From the NCBI GenBank assembly GCA_030264375.1, contig JASCQW010000001.1, positions 99,942,222 through 100,006,221 of the forward strand: a stretch of 64,000 bases of DNA, read 5' to 3'. The translations under genes and the position numbers were made by a program. Below the pieces are notes generated by a model that worked only from the letters and a program-made list of their open reading frames with translations, did not search any database and was not told the DNA's origin. Every line of letters starts with the position of its first letter. Position 1 is the first letter of the stretch. This document shows, piece after piece, positions 52,230 to 64,000 of this stretch. The stretch comes from Carcharhinus longimanus. Its lineage: Eukaryota.

Positions 52230-52797
52230 TTAGTCAATCTTTCACCTTCTTGCATGAAGTTAAACTTTGGATGTTCTTTCAATTTGATGCTCATCAGGTC
52301 TAACAATGTTTCAAATTTAAAATTATTATTCTCGCTTGTAAATCCCTCCATGGCCTCACTTTCCTTATTTCTGCAATCTTCTCCAGTCCAGAGCTGATGC
52401 TGTGTGTTCCTGTAAATCTGGTCTTTTGTGTATTCCCCACATTTTTCATTCCAGCATTGTACAAACCCTTCCCTAAACCTCTTCGCACTTTTAAATCTTT
52501 CTTCTCTCTTAAGATGCCCTTCCAAACCTATAGAGGGGGTTTTCTGGATCTCCAGTGATGGGCATCATTGCTGGCGGGACGGATGCTCTCCAAACTTTCC
52601 CATCCTGCCTGCAATGAAGTCCGGCAGTGGCAGGATCTGAAAAACCTGGCCTACATCTTTAACCCATCATTTGGTCTCATGGTCTAATATCAGCTTATGT
52701 GGCTCAGTGTCAAATTCTGGTTGATAAGGTTCCTGTGAAACACCCTGAGATGTTTTACTATTTTAAAGGCACTTTATAAATGCAGTTTGTTGTTGAT
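52230..52797 (+). mobile_element. L2 3' end with a nested MITE-like insert (52533-52651)
   Basis: TTTAAAATTATTATTCTC..AAATCCCTCCATGGCCTC..; CCTTCCAAACCTA|..|CTACATCTTTAACC rejoins; tail AAAGGCACTTTATAAATGCAG. Confidence 0.75.
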
Positions 52798-54654
52798 CTT
52801 ATGTTGCCGCATAATAATGTCTCCTCTTTTGAGCCGCTTACGGCCACAATATCTGATTTGCCTCTTCCAAATTGGTAAACCGTTGCGGTTGTGCTATTCT
52901 ATTGGCAGCGTGTATGGCCGTGTGTTAATAAAGCCCCCAGTGGCTCTTCCAGGTGGTCACTGATCCATCCACCACCTGCCTGTGTACTGTTCACAATGTG
53001 AAAATCACCCTGGCTGCTGTCAATTAATAGAAAATAATCCTGCTTATACTGTGATTTGAGTAATGCTGTATTTAAAAGCTGTTTTTAATGTTATACTTTG
53101 GAAACAAGATTTTCCAGAAAGCTGTACAAATTTTCATTGCTTAGTATATCAGAACATTCAAACCTTAATTTATAGAACTTATTGCAAAATATTGAACGTC
53201 TTTGAATATCCTGAAGTCATTTTGGAATTTTCATATTTAATATACTTTCATAAATATAATGCCTCTAGTTTTTTTCAAAATGAAAGAGGATTTAATCATG
53301 GTTTATGTATTTTTAATGATATCATAAAATGCTTCCTTTGCATAATTAGGTGAGTTACTTTATCTTTTTGTCTACACCATTTCATCCTTGCTTTCTTGGC
53401 ATTTGTTTCCTTTCCTGACTACTTCTCATTTTCAGCGTAATGCTTCTTTTGCATTTAATATCTGCATTCTAACTTATTTGATGGAGTCATGCCATTGTGA
53501 CTTGTTTTTTTGTCACACTAGCATTGGATGGAAATACTTTTTTTCTCTTTGGTAACTCAGAAACCACCAGGGTGGCTAACAGTAGCACTTTATGTTTTAT
53601 GTCTAACTTAATTTTTTTTTAAATTGAGTTTTCTGAAGTAGGCCCCATGGGAGGAAAAACTTGCCCTAGACCAAGAGGCCAGCGAACGCTCAGACATAAG
53701 CGAGACAGCCGAACAGGCCCCTGAGCCCACTTCACACGCCTTACGCCAAGACCTGAGGTGCACGGGGGAGGAGGGTTACATTTATTTTGGCCCTAAACTC
53801 TGCCTTGGAAGCATAACATCTGCTTCTCTGCGTGAGGAGACTGATTAGCTGCTGGCAGCAGACAGCTGTCAGCAGAGTTCAGAATGAAACCATTTAAGGA
53901 AAGATAGAAAAGCCAAGGTACCAACTCCTTACTTGGGGCACCATGCAATAGTGAATTAGACAGGAATAAGAATGCCAAGTCTTTGTAAGTAACAGAAAGC
54001 TATAACAATCATAATAGCATCTTAAATATGATCAGAGTTTTATGTTTATGACTGAATTGTTTGACTAATTACAGTAGCCTAACAATGGCATTGTTGTCAT
54101 CATGCACAATCTGTGCATAACTATTGTTTGTCTAGCAGGGCCCGGATTAATACTGGTGCATTATGAGTCTTTCGGTGACTCAGTACATTAGTTTATATGA
54201 TTTTGATCTATTGTAATTCAGATGATATTTTGAATATAAAAACTGCAGCCCACAATCTGGTTTGTGACACAGCCTCAATCTTGTCCATATACTGAACAAT
54301 TCACATTTTGGATTATTCAGGTCTTATTGAGAGAACTGCGCCGGTTCCCACGTGTAGGGGCATTGTAAGCATACTCAGGGAAGGCTTTCTCGGATTGATA
54401 TTTCTACGCCTAAAAAAGATATAAGTCCTTCATGCATATCAGTAATATTGGCTGAATATTTACTCAGACTCTGAAGAAGGACATGAGAGAAAATTATTTT
54501 TGGATGGAAAACTCAGTTCTTCACACATCCTGCTGAATTTAAATTGAGGTGGTAAATAACATGGGCTAGAGTCTTTTTTAAATTTTCATTTGCCTACCAA
54601 CACATTTTCAAGCATAAATAAAATGTTAGACAGATAAAAATTGGGGCCCTCAAC

Positions 54655-55030
54655 AGTGGATGCTGGAAAAACTCAGCAGATCTGGCAACATTCATAAGGA
54701 GACCAAACAGAATTAATATTTCAAGACATTTTGGCTCTTTGTCAGAATGTTTATCCCATACGTGTATTGCCTCAATGCAAATCCCTCCTCCCCCTCCCCA
54801 ACTGCCTCATACACCAGGCCATCTGTCTTCTGTCTTAAGGTCGCCGTGTTTTGTTGCAATCTCTCACAGCTACAGTTTAATACATTCTCCCTTTAGTTCT
54901 ACTGAAGAGCCAAAAGGACTCAAAACCTTAATTTTGCTTCCTCCTCACAGATGCTACCAGATCTGCTAAGTTTTTCAGCATTCTCTGTTCTTGTTTGAGA
55001 TTCCAGCATCCACAATATTTTGCTTATTTT
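54655..55030. mobile_element. Penelope-derived element with inverted termini and a decayed hammerhead
   Basis: TGCTGGAAAAACTCAGCAGATCTGGCAACAT is inverted relative to ATGCTACCAGATCTGCTAAGTTTTTCAGCA; AGTTCTACTGAAGAGCCAAAAGGACTCAAAACC core. Confidence 0.65.
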
Positions 55031-55068
55031 AGAAATTGGCTGTATTGCGCTAAGATGCAGTTCCACAT

Positions 55069-55414
55069 GAGTTGAGGAGGAGCTTCTTCACTCAAAGGGT
55101 GGTGAATCTCTGGAATTCTCTGCCCGTTGATGTGGTAGAGGCCACCTCGCTAAATATATTTAAGACACGGGTAGATAAGTTTTTGGTAGGCAAGGGAATT
55201 AAGGGTTATGGGGAGAAAGCGGGAAAGTGGAACTGAGCCACTNNNNNNNNNNNNNNNNNNNNNNNNNNNNNNNNNNNNNNNNNNNNNNNNNNNNNNNNNN
55301 NNNNNNNNNNNNNNNNNNNNNNNNNNNNNNNNNNNNNNNNNNTTATTGAATGGCGGGGCAGGCTCGAAGGGCTAGATGGCCTACTCCTGCTCCTATTTCT
55401 TATGTTCTTATGTT
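55069..55414 (+). mobile_element. Young 5'-truncated CR1 (contains a gap)
   Basis: ELRRSFFTQRVVNLWNSLP; TTCTTATG-repeat tail; CACAT on both flanks. Confidence 0.9.
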
Positions 55415-55569
55415 CACATTGAAGTGCCAGTTGTTAACTATCAGTGTGGGGCTCTGGCTGTATATTTTCCCTTTTGTTGTCCACAGATACTGAGATAGTC
55501 AAGGAGACATGGCCAGGGTTGTTTGACGCTGTGTCTTATTGTTACAGCTTATTCATCCACTACATCTAC

Positions 55570-55910
55570 GAGTAGCATGGTGGCACAGTGGTTAGCATTG
55601 CTGCATCACAGCGCCAGGGACCTGGGTTCAATTCTGGCCTTGGGTAACTGTGCGTACAGAGTCTGAATGTTCTCCCTGTGTATGCGGGGTTTCCTCCAGA
55701 TGCTCTGGTTTCTTCCCACAGTCATGATGTGCAGGTTAGGTGGATTGGCCACGCTAAATCCCCTTTAATGTTCAAAATTGGATGAGTTAAGAGAATTTGC
55801 CATGATAAATGTGTGGGGTTACTGGGCCTGGGTGGGATGCTCTGTTGGAAAGTCACTAGAAACATGATGGACTGAATGGCCTCCTTCTGCACTGTAGGGA
55901 TTCTATTCTA
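55570..55910 (+). mobile_element. V-SINE type B, full length
   Basis: GTGGCACAGTGGTTAGC..GGTTCAATTC..CACTGTAGGGATTCTATTCTA. Confidence 0.92.
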
Positions 55911-56445
55911 TAATCTTAAGTAGACACTGTGGAAAAACTTCTCACTAAAGGTTGGGTAACCAATACTGGCACATGTTTTCAGAATCATTTGATACGCCCA
56001 TCAGACTGATTTTCCCCCTTTGGGTACTGAACATTGAGAAATCGCTTAAGACACAATCGACCGTCTATTTGGTACCAACCTTTGAAAGACCATTAAAAGA
56101 TTTTCCTTACACATCCCATGACAATAAAATTAACACCATCTGCTCCCTTCAGCAGATCATGCACTTTTTTGTGTACTTGTTACATGCAGATGTGCTTATT
56201 AAAAAGGGAGATTGTAGTCTGAAGACATTTAGCATTTTTGGAACAGAAAATAACTTTGACAGCTCAACCAGACAATTTAAGAAGCACATACTTGTTATTA
56301 TGCCACAATACTGTAGCGTTAGTAAACAAAGTATAATTCCTGTCAAGAAAATGTACATTGTTTTTAAAGTGCATGGTGTTTACAATAGAATAATTGGCAG
56401 GTTTTGGATTATTTCAATTCATTTTTAGAAATATGTTTCTAATAT

Positions 56446-56764
56446 GTGGCACTGTGGTTGGCACTTTTTCCTCACTGTGCCAGGGTCCCAGGTTCAATTC
56501 CGGCCTCGGGTCACTGACTGTGTATAGTTTGCATTTTCTCCCTGTGTTTGCGTATGTTTCCTCCGGGTGCTCTGGTTTCCTCCCACAGTCCAAAGATGAG
56601 TGGGTTAGGTGGATTTGTCATGCTAAATTGCCCATAGTGTCAGGGGGATTAGCACGGGAAGTGTGTGGGGTTACAAGGAGTAGAGCTTGGGTGGGATTGT
56701 GTTCAGTACAGACTTGATGGGCCAAATGGCATCTTTCTGTACTGTAGGGATTCAGATCCTATGA
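56446..56764 (+). mobile_element. V-SINE type B
   Basis: Same architecture as 55570-55910. Confidence 0.9.
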
Positions 56765-58022
56765 AGGAGGCTTCCTTTGTGTTGTAGATTTGTTTGGATA
56801 TTTCTACAATGCAGTTGGATCTGGATTTTCTGGTCTAGCTGCGGTGGGAACCGCTGCTGGGATGCGTGGCACAACCAAAGGACTTTCGGCAGACAGAGCT
56901 GGACAGTCACAGCTTTGTAATTTTAAATTTTCAGCGCAGGATATACATTTTAGTTATGAACCCCTCAAAGGCAGTTTCTTCTGCACTGAGGACACTTTTG
57001 CATGATGTACAAGGCAGCCTAGGACGCTNNNNNNNNNNNNNNNNNNNNNNNNNNNNNNNNNNNNNNNNNNNNNNNNNNNNNNNNNNNNNNNNNNNNNNNN
57101 NNNNNNNNNNNNNNNNNNNNNNNNNNNNCGCTGAGACGCTGCCTGAGGGTGATATTCTCAGCACACGTTGCTTTGTTACAGGTTCAGGAATTGTATCTCA
57201 ATACTTCGAAATCGGCATCTGGCACTGATAATTGTTGTTCCTGGCTGGGAATGGTGTTAGGATTTATGAAACTGCACCACAGCAAGTTATCCATTTCTGA
57301 CACACTCCATGCTGAGGGCCCCGTTGATTGCTAAACTGGTGCTAGCTAGTATTAGATTCTGCTGCAAACTCCTATCCATTAGGAGCTGTGTAAAACAGGC
57401 TGGATTTATTTCACTTTAACAATTAGCAGAGGGAGTGAGGACTGTGATGTGCTTTGTTTAAAATGGATGCAAAGCAATGAACATAATAAGGACAATATTG
57501 TGGTCTGCGGCATATTTGTTTTTGAATTGGCAATTTTAAAGTGCAGCTAGAAAAGTGCATTTCTGGTGAAAGAACTGGAAGGACATTTGATGGGGTGGGA
57601 TGGAGTAAGTTGAATGAGAGGAGGCTTGTGTCGAGTTTACACAGTGGCAGAGAACACTTGAGTTGACTAGTCTGTTCTTTTTGCTGTGAATTCCATGTAA
57701 TTAAAGCTGAGCATTAAAAGAACAGGAAGCTCAAACTTTTTTCCTCCCTTCCAATAGGTCACTTTATTTTGCTTTGAAATGTAGTTAGCATTAAAACTTG
57801 AATGAAATTAGGAAAATGTTTTTATTTCTATCCCTTCCCTTTTGGAATAATTGGCTGTTTATGGTTGGCAGGTTTTAGCAGCTAAGTACAAAGAAGGAAC
57901 AGAACCAGCCTCTGCCAAAGGGAAGTTCAGAAATTGATCAGAAATCCAAAGGTAAAGGATGAGTAGAAATATCCAAAAACACAATACCTTTTCTCCTCTT
58001 CAGTTTGTTGTATGGTGTAGAT

Positions 58023-58100
58023 CAGACTTGTCCAATTTGCAACCCAAGGGCCACAAATGGCCTACAAAGCCCCAGATGTGGCCCCCAGAGCCAGTTTTCA
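58023..58100 (+). mobile_element. hAT/Charlie-like 5' terminus
   Basis: CAGACTTGTCCAATTTGCAACCCAAGGGCCAC resembles a CpG-decayed CAG..GTCCAA.CTGCGGCCCGCGGGCC. Confidence 0.35.
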
Positions 58101-58199
58101 AAATGTCAGTCAAACAGGTCAGTATGAATGGAAGATTATACATACAGCTGCTCATCCAATCACAGGCCACTTCTTCCCCATAATGCAGCCAATAGTCTG

Positions 58200-59880
58200 A
58201 GGACATCAGGTTCCTGGTCCAGGGAGTGATGGTCACTCCCCAGGGCAGCGCATTAACAATCCTAACCGTCTGCTGGAGCACAGATTGCCAGATAGCTGTG
58301 AGATTTGCAAGTCTCTTTGAGTACTGCTATCCGTAGACATGATGGCAGCAGTCTGAGCCTGCATGCCACCAAGAATAAATGTTTTGGAAAGGTAGGACGA
58401 CTTCTCTTTGGGCAATCAGTCAGCAGATGCTGTACCTCATTTTGCTCAACAACCTTTTCCTGTACGTCATTCTATCAGGATCCTTATCTGGGCCCTCTGC
58501 AGCTGGACTGGCCTGTCATCTCACCCTCCATAGAGCCAATACACACTGTCTATTCCTTGGCCTAGCTGTAATCCATTTGTGCATAGTGATTCACTACGTG
58601 TGGTTCCTGACTCAATACTATTCTCTAAGGCACAGGTTATGTCAGTATCTAAGATAATGGCTGCAAGTATCAGGTCAATTGACACAGTTTTCTACTCAGA
58701 GGCCTGTCACAGCTCTCACACTTCCTCATGAGGCCACCTTGGTTGGGCTAGTGGAATTTCTGAGGTACCTGGAAGCAGAAATACAGAAGGAAAGAATGAG
58801 GGAAAGGGAATGGATGGCACGCTGGAGGATCATGATCACACCATCTGCAGCTTTTGCTTCATGTCAGCTCGCAGGATGTGGGTGAAGTGGGATTTTAGGA
58901 GGGATATACGGCAGGGACGTAACATTATCTGGAATATTTTTGAGAACACTGGATGCAATGGCCTCAGTCACAGAATTCTCCATGTTGCAGAGCACTGTTC
59001 CCTCAGAGGGTTCAGGAGATGCAGGTGTGCCTATCCTCTTCTATATCTGCTCTGCTCCATGTGGTGATGAACAACTTTGCCCTGCAAGAGAGAAGGAAGA
59101 ATGTCAGCGACTGTATTGTGAGATATTTGCCATAGGTGAACTATTGGAGGTATGTGGTGGCGGGAGGTGGATATGAGGCTGGCAGCATTGCTAACTGTGT
59201 GATGTGAATGCAGTCTCTTACTATCAAGCGTGAGCCATGATTACCAATGAGTAAGTGAAGGCATGTAGTACACTGAACAGCATGAGAGACTGGGTAGCAG
59301 ATGTTATTTGAAAGTGCATTCATTGAATTTGATCACTTCAGTGCAAACATTGATTTTTTTACAGCACTGCTGTCAGGTCCTCAGGAAAGGATTTGATCAT
59401 CTGGTAATATTCCCTTCTCAGGAGCATTGTAGTCCCTTGTGGAAACATTAGGCTGGACTTAATAGAGATGCTGGAGGCAACTGAAGGAGCAGCAAAAGCC
59501 CCATGATGCGTCTTTTTGTAAAGGCCCATTACATCATATGTCATGGACCTGAACAATGACAGGCCTTTCCCAGGATCATAGACCTCAGGACAGATGTTCC
59601 ACTCACTGAGACTTCTATCCAATCAGAGGCTGAAGCTTTATTGAGTGACAGCACCACTGGGGAGGTAGTGGCTGATGCCGTTATGGCACCCACTCGAGGC
59701 ACACTATCATCATCACCCAGACCACAGGTGAGTATTGGTGGGATGAAAGTCTTAGGAGACAGTTTTGCAGCAAAGATGAGGTTGGCCCTCAATGGGCCTT
59801 CCTTCACACAATGCATCCCTTGTTCAGGCACTAAGCCTCTTTGAATGAGGGAACCCCGCCATAAGTCCTCAAGCAACAAT
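58200..59880. mobile_element. Possible highly decayed Harbinger body
   Basis: Plus-strand PQRV..LHVVMNNFALQ resembles the transposase C-terminus (CC.LHN.AL); minus-strand low-complexity peptides (MQAQTAAIM..) may come from ORF2. Confidence 0.3.
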
Positions 59881-59932
59881 GCATTGGTTTGCTTGTTGTT
59901 GTTCTCAGTAGTGACAGCTATTAAGTGAATAC

Positions 59933-60135
59933 CAGTCAGTTAGCTCAGTTGGCTGAACACCTGGTTCAGGATGCGGAGCAACATCAGCAGTGCTGGTTGG
60001 CCAATTCCCATGCTGGCTGAGGTTATTCATGATAGCCTGCTTTCTCAACTTTGTCCCTTGCCTGAGGTGTGATGACCCTCGAGTTAAATCACCAACAGCC
60101 CATGGTCATCTGGGACTATGGTGACTTTACCTCTT
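59933..60135 (+). mobile_element. Another tRNA-derived SINE family
   Basis: A box TAGCTCAGTTGG; body GGCTGAGGTTATTCATG..GCCTGAGGTGTGATGACCCTC; tail TGGTCATCTGGGACTATGGTGACTTTAC. Confidence 0.65.
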
Positions 60136-60439
60136 TCACCAGTGGCAACAGCATGAGACCCATAAGTGGGCCACCCTCCCATCTGATTAAATGCTAGCTT
60201 ACCACCAAACTCACTATCACAGGGAGGGCATTAAATTCTGCCCTCTCCTCCAATCTCCTGTACTCCAGCACTGGGAAAATGTGGGAGCTGCTGTCTTGCC
60301 AACTGCTCCATTTGGAGTGCTTTTCCCTGTAACCAATTTCTCCAGAGACAATTGGCAGTGGCTGCTGTAGTAGAGATCCAAGAGCCTTGGGATACAGCTA
60401 CATAGATCATTAAAATATCATGTAAAAGTTTCTTGGAAT

Positions 60440-61570
60440 GCTGATTATTATATCTAAAGAAATAGGGGTAGAAGTCATGCTTCAGATATACAAAGACTTG
60501 GTTTAAACTACACCTGGAGTACTGAGTCACACTTGAGGAGTGATATGTTGGAGGGGATGCTGCACAGATTTGCTAAAGTTGGCTGGAATTTTCCAAACTT
60601 TCACGCCAGCGGGATCTTCCAGTCCCGCCAATGTGAGCGGAGATTTCAGTGGCTTGCCAGCCATGCTGTGGGAGAACCCATGGCACGGGGGAAGCTGGAA
60701 GATCCAGGCTCTGTAGTACAAGGGTTAACCTATAAGGAAACATTAAACAAACCAGGGTTCTCCTCCCTGGAATTTAGTTCAGAGATAATTTGATTGGTTT
60801 TCAAAATAATAAGGGCTGAGATGACTGGGAGAAACTAGTTGTACTAGTTGGGGAGTTTGGAACGAAGGGATGCTGTCTAAAAATTAAAACCAGACCTTTC
60901 AGGAGTGGAATTAGGAAATATTTCATCATATAAAGAGTAATAGAAGTTTGGAAATCTCTTCCAAGAAAGCGAATTGATTCTAGACCTATTGTAAATTTCA
61001 AAACTTGAGATTGATAGATCTTTGTTATTTGATGGTATTAAGGAACATGGTGAAAATGTGAATATATCATGTTAGCTGTGATATATCATCACCTGTCTCT
61101 CATGGAAAAGTTTTTGTAGAAAATCACTTCTGACCACAAATCCGTAAGGAAGTGGTCTGCATGTAACGTCCTAGAGGACCTACGGGAAAAGGGGATGGTG
61201 GGTCCTGTTGGATAATCCCCTAAACTGACTGTCAGCACCATTTGACAGAATGCCTCATCACCAGATCTTTCAAACAAGCATCAGAACCAGCGTGGCTGGT
61301 GGTGAGAATGACCCTCCCAGTTAGATCCTTCCTACATGCTTGGAGTCTCATCTGCATGTTGCCCTCAAGGTGACTGNNNNNNNNNNNNNNNNNNNNNNNN
61401 NNNNNNNNNNNNNNNNNNNNNNNNNNNNNNNNNNNNNNNNNNNNNNNNNNNNNNNNNNNNNNNNNNNNNNNNNNNNGTGGGTTTTTGCAGCTCAGTCATG
61501 ACCTTTATTGAATGGCAGATCAGACTCAAGGGACTAAATGATATACTGCTGTTCCAATGTTTCCTGTGGG
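60440..61570 (+). mobile_element. CR1 3' region interrupted by a MITE (60581-60710) and an inverted Tx1 copy (61086-61376)
   Basis: LQIYKDLV*TTPGVL; RKYFII*RVIEVWKSLP; tail TTATTGAATGGCAG..CTCAAGGGACTAAATG after the gap. Confidence 0.75.
61086..61376 (+). repeat. Inverted near-identical copy of the Tx1 segment at 63058-63347
   Basis: About 6 mismatches in ~290 bp by eye; ORFs 61089-61277(-) and 63157-63345(+) are almost identical. Confidence 0.9.
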
Positions 61571-61659
61571 AATTCATATCTCCTCCTTCTCCATCTCCTA
61601 TAACAAGACATCCAACCCACTGTCAGAGAATTTTGGAGCATACACTTGCCTCTTTCTTT

Positions 61660-62310
61660 CAAAAATATACTTTATTCATAAAATATCTGAAAGAACATTA
61701 CAAATGTTTCAAAATGGCCAACACAAGAGTGCAATGATATTCAAATTGTCCACATAGATCATGTTGCATTCTGAGGTGCTTCAATACATTTGTGATGCAT
61801 GTAATATTCACCATATACGTTCAGTGTGAGTTTGTCAATGCTCTTCTTTTTTAATCCTTTCTCAGTATTACCGAGCCAATGCATGAAGTGGGCAGAGCAA
61901 GTCCTTAATCTATCTCTTTGCTTGTGCCAAAAAACAATTCAATTTGTGGTCCCCAGATAAGGAATATGCCAGATCCAAGTTGACAACAGCTGTTACATCT
62001 GATCTCACACTTAACCCCCAGCCAAAAGGCCAAGAGGCTTTTGTTTTGCAAAAATATACTTTGTTCATAAACTATCGGCAAGAACATTACAAACATTCCA
62101 AAATGGCGATCGCACAAAGTGGGATTGTATTCAAGTTCTTTACATATATCAAGTAACACTCTGAGATACTTCAATACAGTCAAAGAAACCTTACAGACAT
62201 TTTACAATGGTCCTTACAAATGGTGCAAAGATGTTTAAAGGTTGTCTGCATTGAACAAGTTGCACTCCAAAGTGCTTCAGTACAACTGAGATACATGTAA
62301 TATTCACTGT
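61660..62310 (-). mobile_element. Two Tx1/L1 3' UTR copies (61660-61830 and 62048-62310)
   Basis: Both begin CAAAAATATACTTT(A/G)TTCATAAA..AAGAACATTACAAA..AAAATGGC on the plus strand. Confidence 0.65.
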
Positions 62311-62312
62311 TT

Positions 62313-62619
62313 TTAAAGTTTATTTATTAGTTTCACAGGTAAGCTTACGTTAACATTGCAATGAAGTTACTGTAAAAATCCCCTATGACTACACTCTGGC
62401 ACCTGTTCAGGTGCACTGAGGGAGAATTTAGCATGGCCAATGCACATAACCAGCACTTCTTTCCAACTGAGAGAGGAAACTGGAGCACCTGGAGGAAACC
62501 CACGCAGACACAGGGAGAACATGCAGACTCCGCACAGACAATGACCCAAGCCAGGAATTGAACACAGGTCCCTGGCATTGTGAAGCAGTAGTGCTAACCA
62601 ATGTGCCACCATGCCGCCC
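62313..62619 (-). mobile_element. V-SINE tail type A inserted into Tx1
   Basis: Full head, V-domain and A-type tail. Confidence 0.92.
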
Positions 62620-64000
62620 TGGGATGCATTCATTGAGTCATTCAGCCTGAGGGAGTCCTGCTCCCCTCAGTTCACTATGGGTGAAAGGTCTTAGATAATG
62701 ACCATCTCCTTTGCACTGCTGTGGCAGCTGCCCAAAGCTTTATTCTATCCCTCAGCAGGTAGTCCTGGGCATTGGAATGTGCCAGTCTGCAACACTGTCA
62801 GGGGCAACTCCTTATACTGGAAACCCAACAAGTTTGGGCAGACCAAAGAGCGTCTTTTACTGAGTTGATGACTGATGATCCTCCAACAGCATCTGATGTT
62901 TGTCTCAATGTGCATCCTTGGGAAAAGCCCATAGAGCAGAATCCTGTGTCATGGAGCTGCTAGGGATGAACCTCAGCAAAAACCATCTTACCTCTCTCCA
63001 AACCGTCTTTGCAAAGACACATTCCACAAGGAAGTGGACAACAGACTCTTCCCACCACAGTCACCTTGAGGGCAACATGCAGATGAGACTCCAAGCATGT
63101 AGGAAGGATCTAACTGGGAGGGTCATTCTCACCATCAGCCACGCTGGTTCTGATGCTTGTTTGAAAGATCTGGTGATGAGGCATTCTGTCAAATGGTGCT
63201 GACAGTCAGCGTAGGGGATTATCCAACAGGACCCACCATCCCCTTTTCCCGTAGGTCCTCTAGGACGTTACATGCAGACCATTTCCTTATGGATTTGTGG
63301 TCACAAGTGATTTTCTACAAAAACTTTTCCATGAGAGACAGGTGATGTAGCATGGTCCAACTACTTGGAGCATTCTGCAGCAGGGTAGCCAGACCCATTC
63401 TGCAGCAGGGTGGCCAGACCCATCCTTCACAACACTGGGGATGAATAGAATGTTAGCAGGCAGTGGCAATTGGTGTTTATGTACCAAGGATCTACGCACA
63501 GCTTGATGCAGCCAAACAAAAGGTGGCCATCGGGATTAGACGTGTTTTTCACCCCTTTATGTAGAGATGTGTACAACACGTCCCTATGAACGCGGTCCAT
63601 TTTTGACTCCCAGATGAAGCGGAAAATGGCTGGGGTGATTGCCACAGAGCAGGAATGAGGAATGGGCCAGACCTGCACCACATACAGCAGCATCAAGAAC
63701 ATCTCAAACTTGATGACCTGGTTCATATCTGCAATGGGGAGACAGCGTCACTACCACATGTCCAGTTTTTAGTTCATTATAGCTATTTGCTCCCTTCAGA
63801 TTTTCATGCATGTCTTTGTCCCTCCGAACCATATCCCCAGCACCCTCTGGCCATCTGACCTGACAATCAAGGGTCAATCTGCCCAGTTCCCAAAGAACAT
63901 GGTGTTACTCTTGCTTCGATTTATCTTGGCACCCAAGGCCAGTTTGAAAAGACCGCAGATGTTGGATCAGTTTGCACACCGACAGCAGATCTGAGCAAAA
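62620..64000 (-). mobile_element. L1/Tx1-clade LINE, decayed RT C-terminus and zf-RVT region (continues past the window)
   Basis: GAKINRSKS..VLGIWFGG; VIKFEMFLMLLYV..IFRFIWESKMDRV; AWL.VRMTLPVRSFLH..CPQGDCGGEESVVHFLVECVFAKTVW. Confidence 0.88.

Larger units (their letters stand above)
4104..61476. other. Assembly gaps: 4104-4203, 12209-12308, 35945-36044, 44215-44224, 47316-47677, 55243-55342, 57029-57128, 61377-61476
   Basis: Runs of N, mostly exactly 100 nt (placeholder length). Confidence 0.99.

Noticed and set aside
53640-53785. GC/CpG-rich patch with an open frame and a purine tract GGGGGAGGAGGG
   Set aside because: Could be an LTR-element end or an exon, but too short and ambiguous to call
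55570-55640. tRNA-like sequences with A and B boxes
   Set aside because: SINE heads with no complete cloverleaf, each followed by SINE body
55952-56428. 158-aa plus-strand ORF
   Set aside because: AT-rich, no motif, non-ATG start; within chance expectation
361-62633. Recurrent ORFs such as WLALLPHSAR..CLCGVCTFSPCL that look like a gene family
   Set aside because: They are translations of the V-SINE, not proteins
40104-63425. Short direct duplications (40104-40143, 44085-44117, 63371-63423)
   Set aside because: Ordinary slippage duplications of two units; not CRISPR-like, since there is no spacer array and this is a vertebrate
1-64000. Prokaryote-style systems (operons, CRISPR, defence islands) or endogenous viral genes
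   Set aside because: No long ORFs or arrays; every recognisable peptide maps to a known vertebrate transposon class

Overview
Eukaryotic, gene-poor, repeat-rich DNA, almost certainly from a shark or other elasmobranch: it carries 13 copies of an HE1-type V-SINE plus SacSINE1/DeuSINE-like and LF-SINE-like elements. It is a draft scaffold with 8 N gaps. I find no intact protein-coding gene, rRNA, genuine tRNA or CRISPR array; the short ORFs in the track are either noise or decayed transposon fragments. Recognisable contents are: CR1 LINE fragments (RT, AP-endonuclease, young 3' ends); L2, RTE, Rex1/Babar and L1/Tx1 LINE fragments; PIF/Harbinger relics (HARBI1-like transposase, Myb/SANT partner protein, MITE-like derivatives); Penelope-like termini with decayed hammerhead ribozyme cores; and a probable solo LTR. 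The best leads are (1) one V-SINE head carrying two different tails, one CR1-like and one ending in the Rex1/Babar-type terminal stem-loop, (2) a U2 snRNA-headed insertion nested in a DeuSINE, (3) a ~98% identical inverted copy of a dead Tx1 segment, and (4) several well-formed but mostly non-coding exon-like units on the minus strand. I cannot support a claim of a new biological system. Family names come from recalled consensus features, not database searches, and the boundaries of old repeats are approximate.
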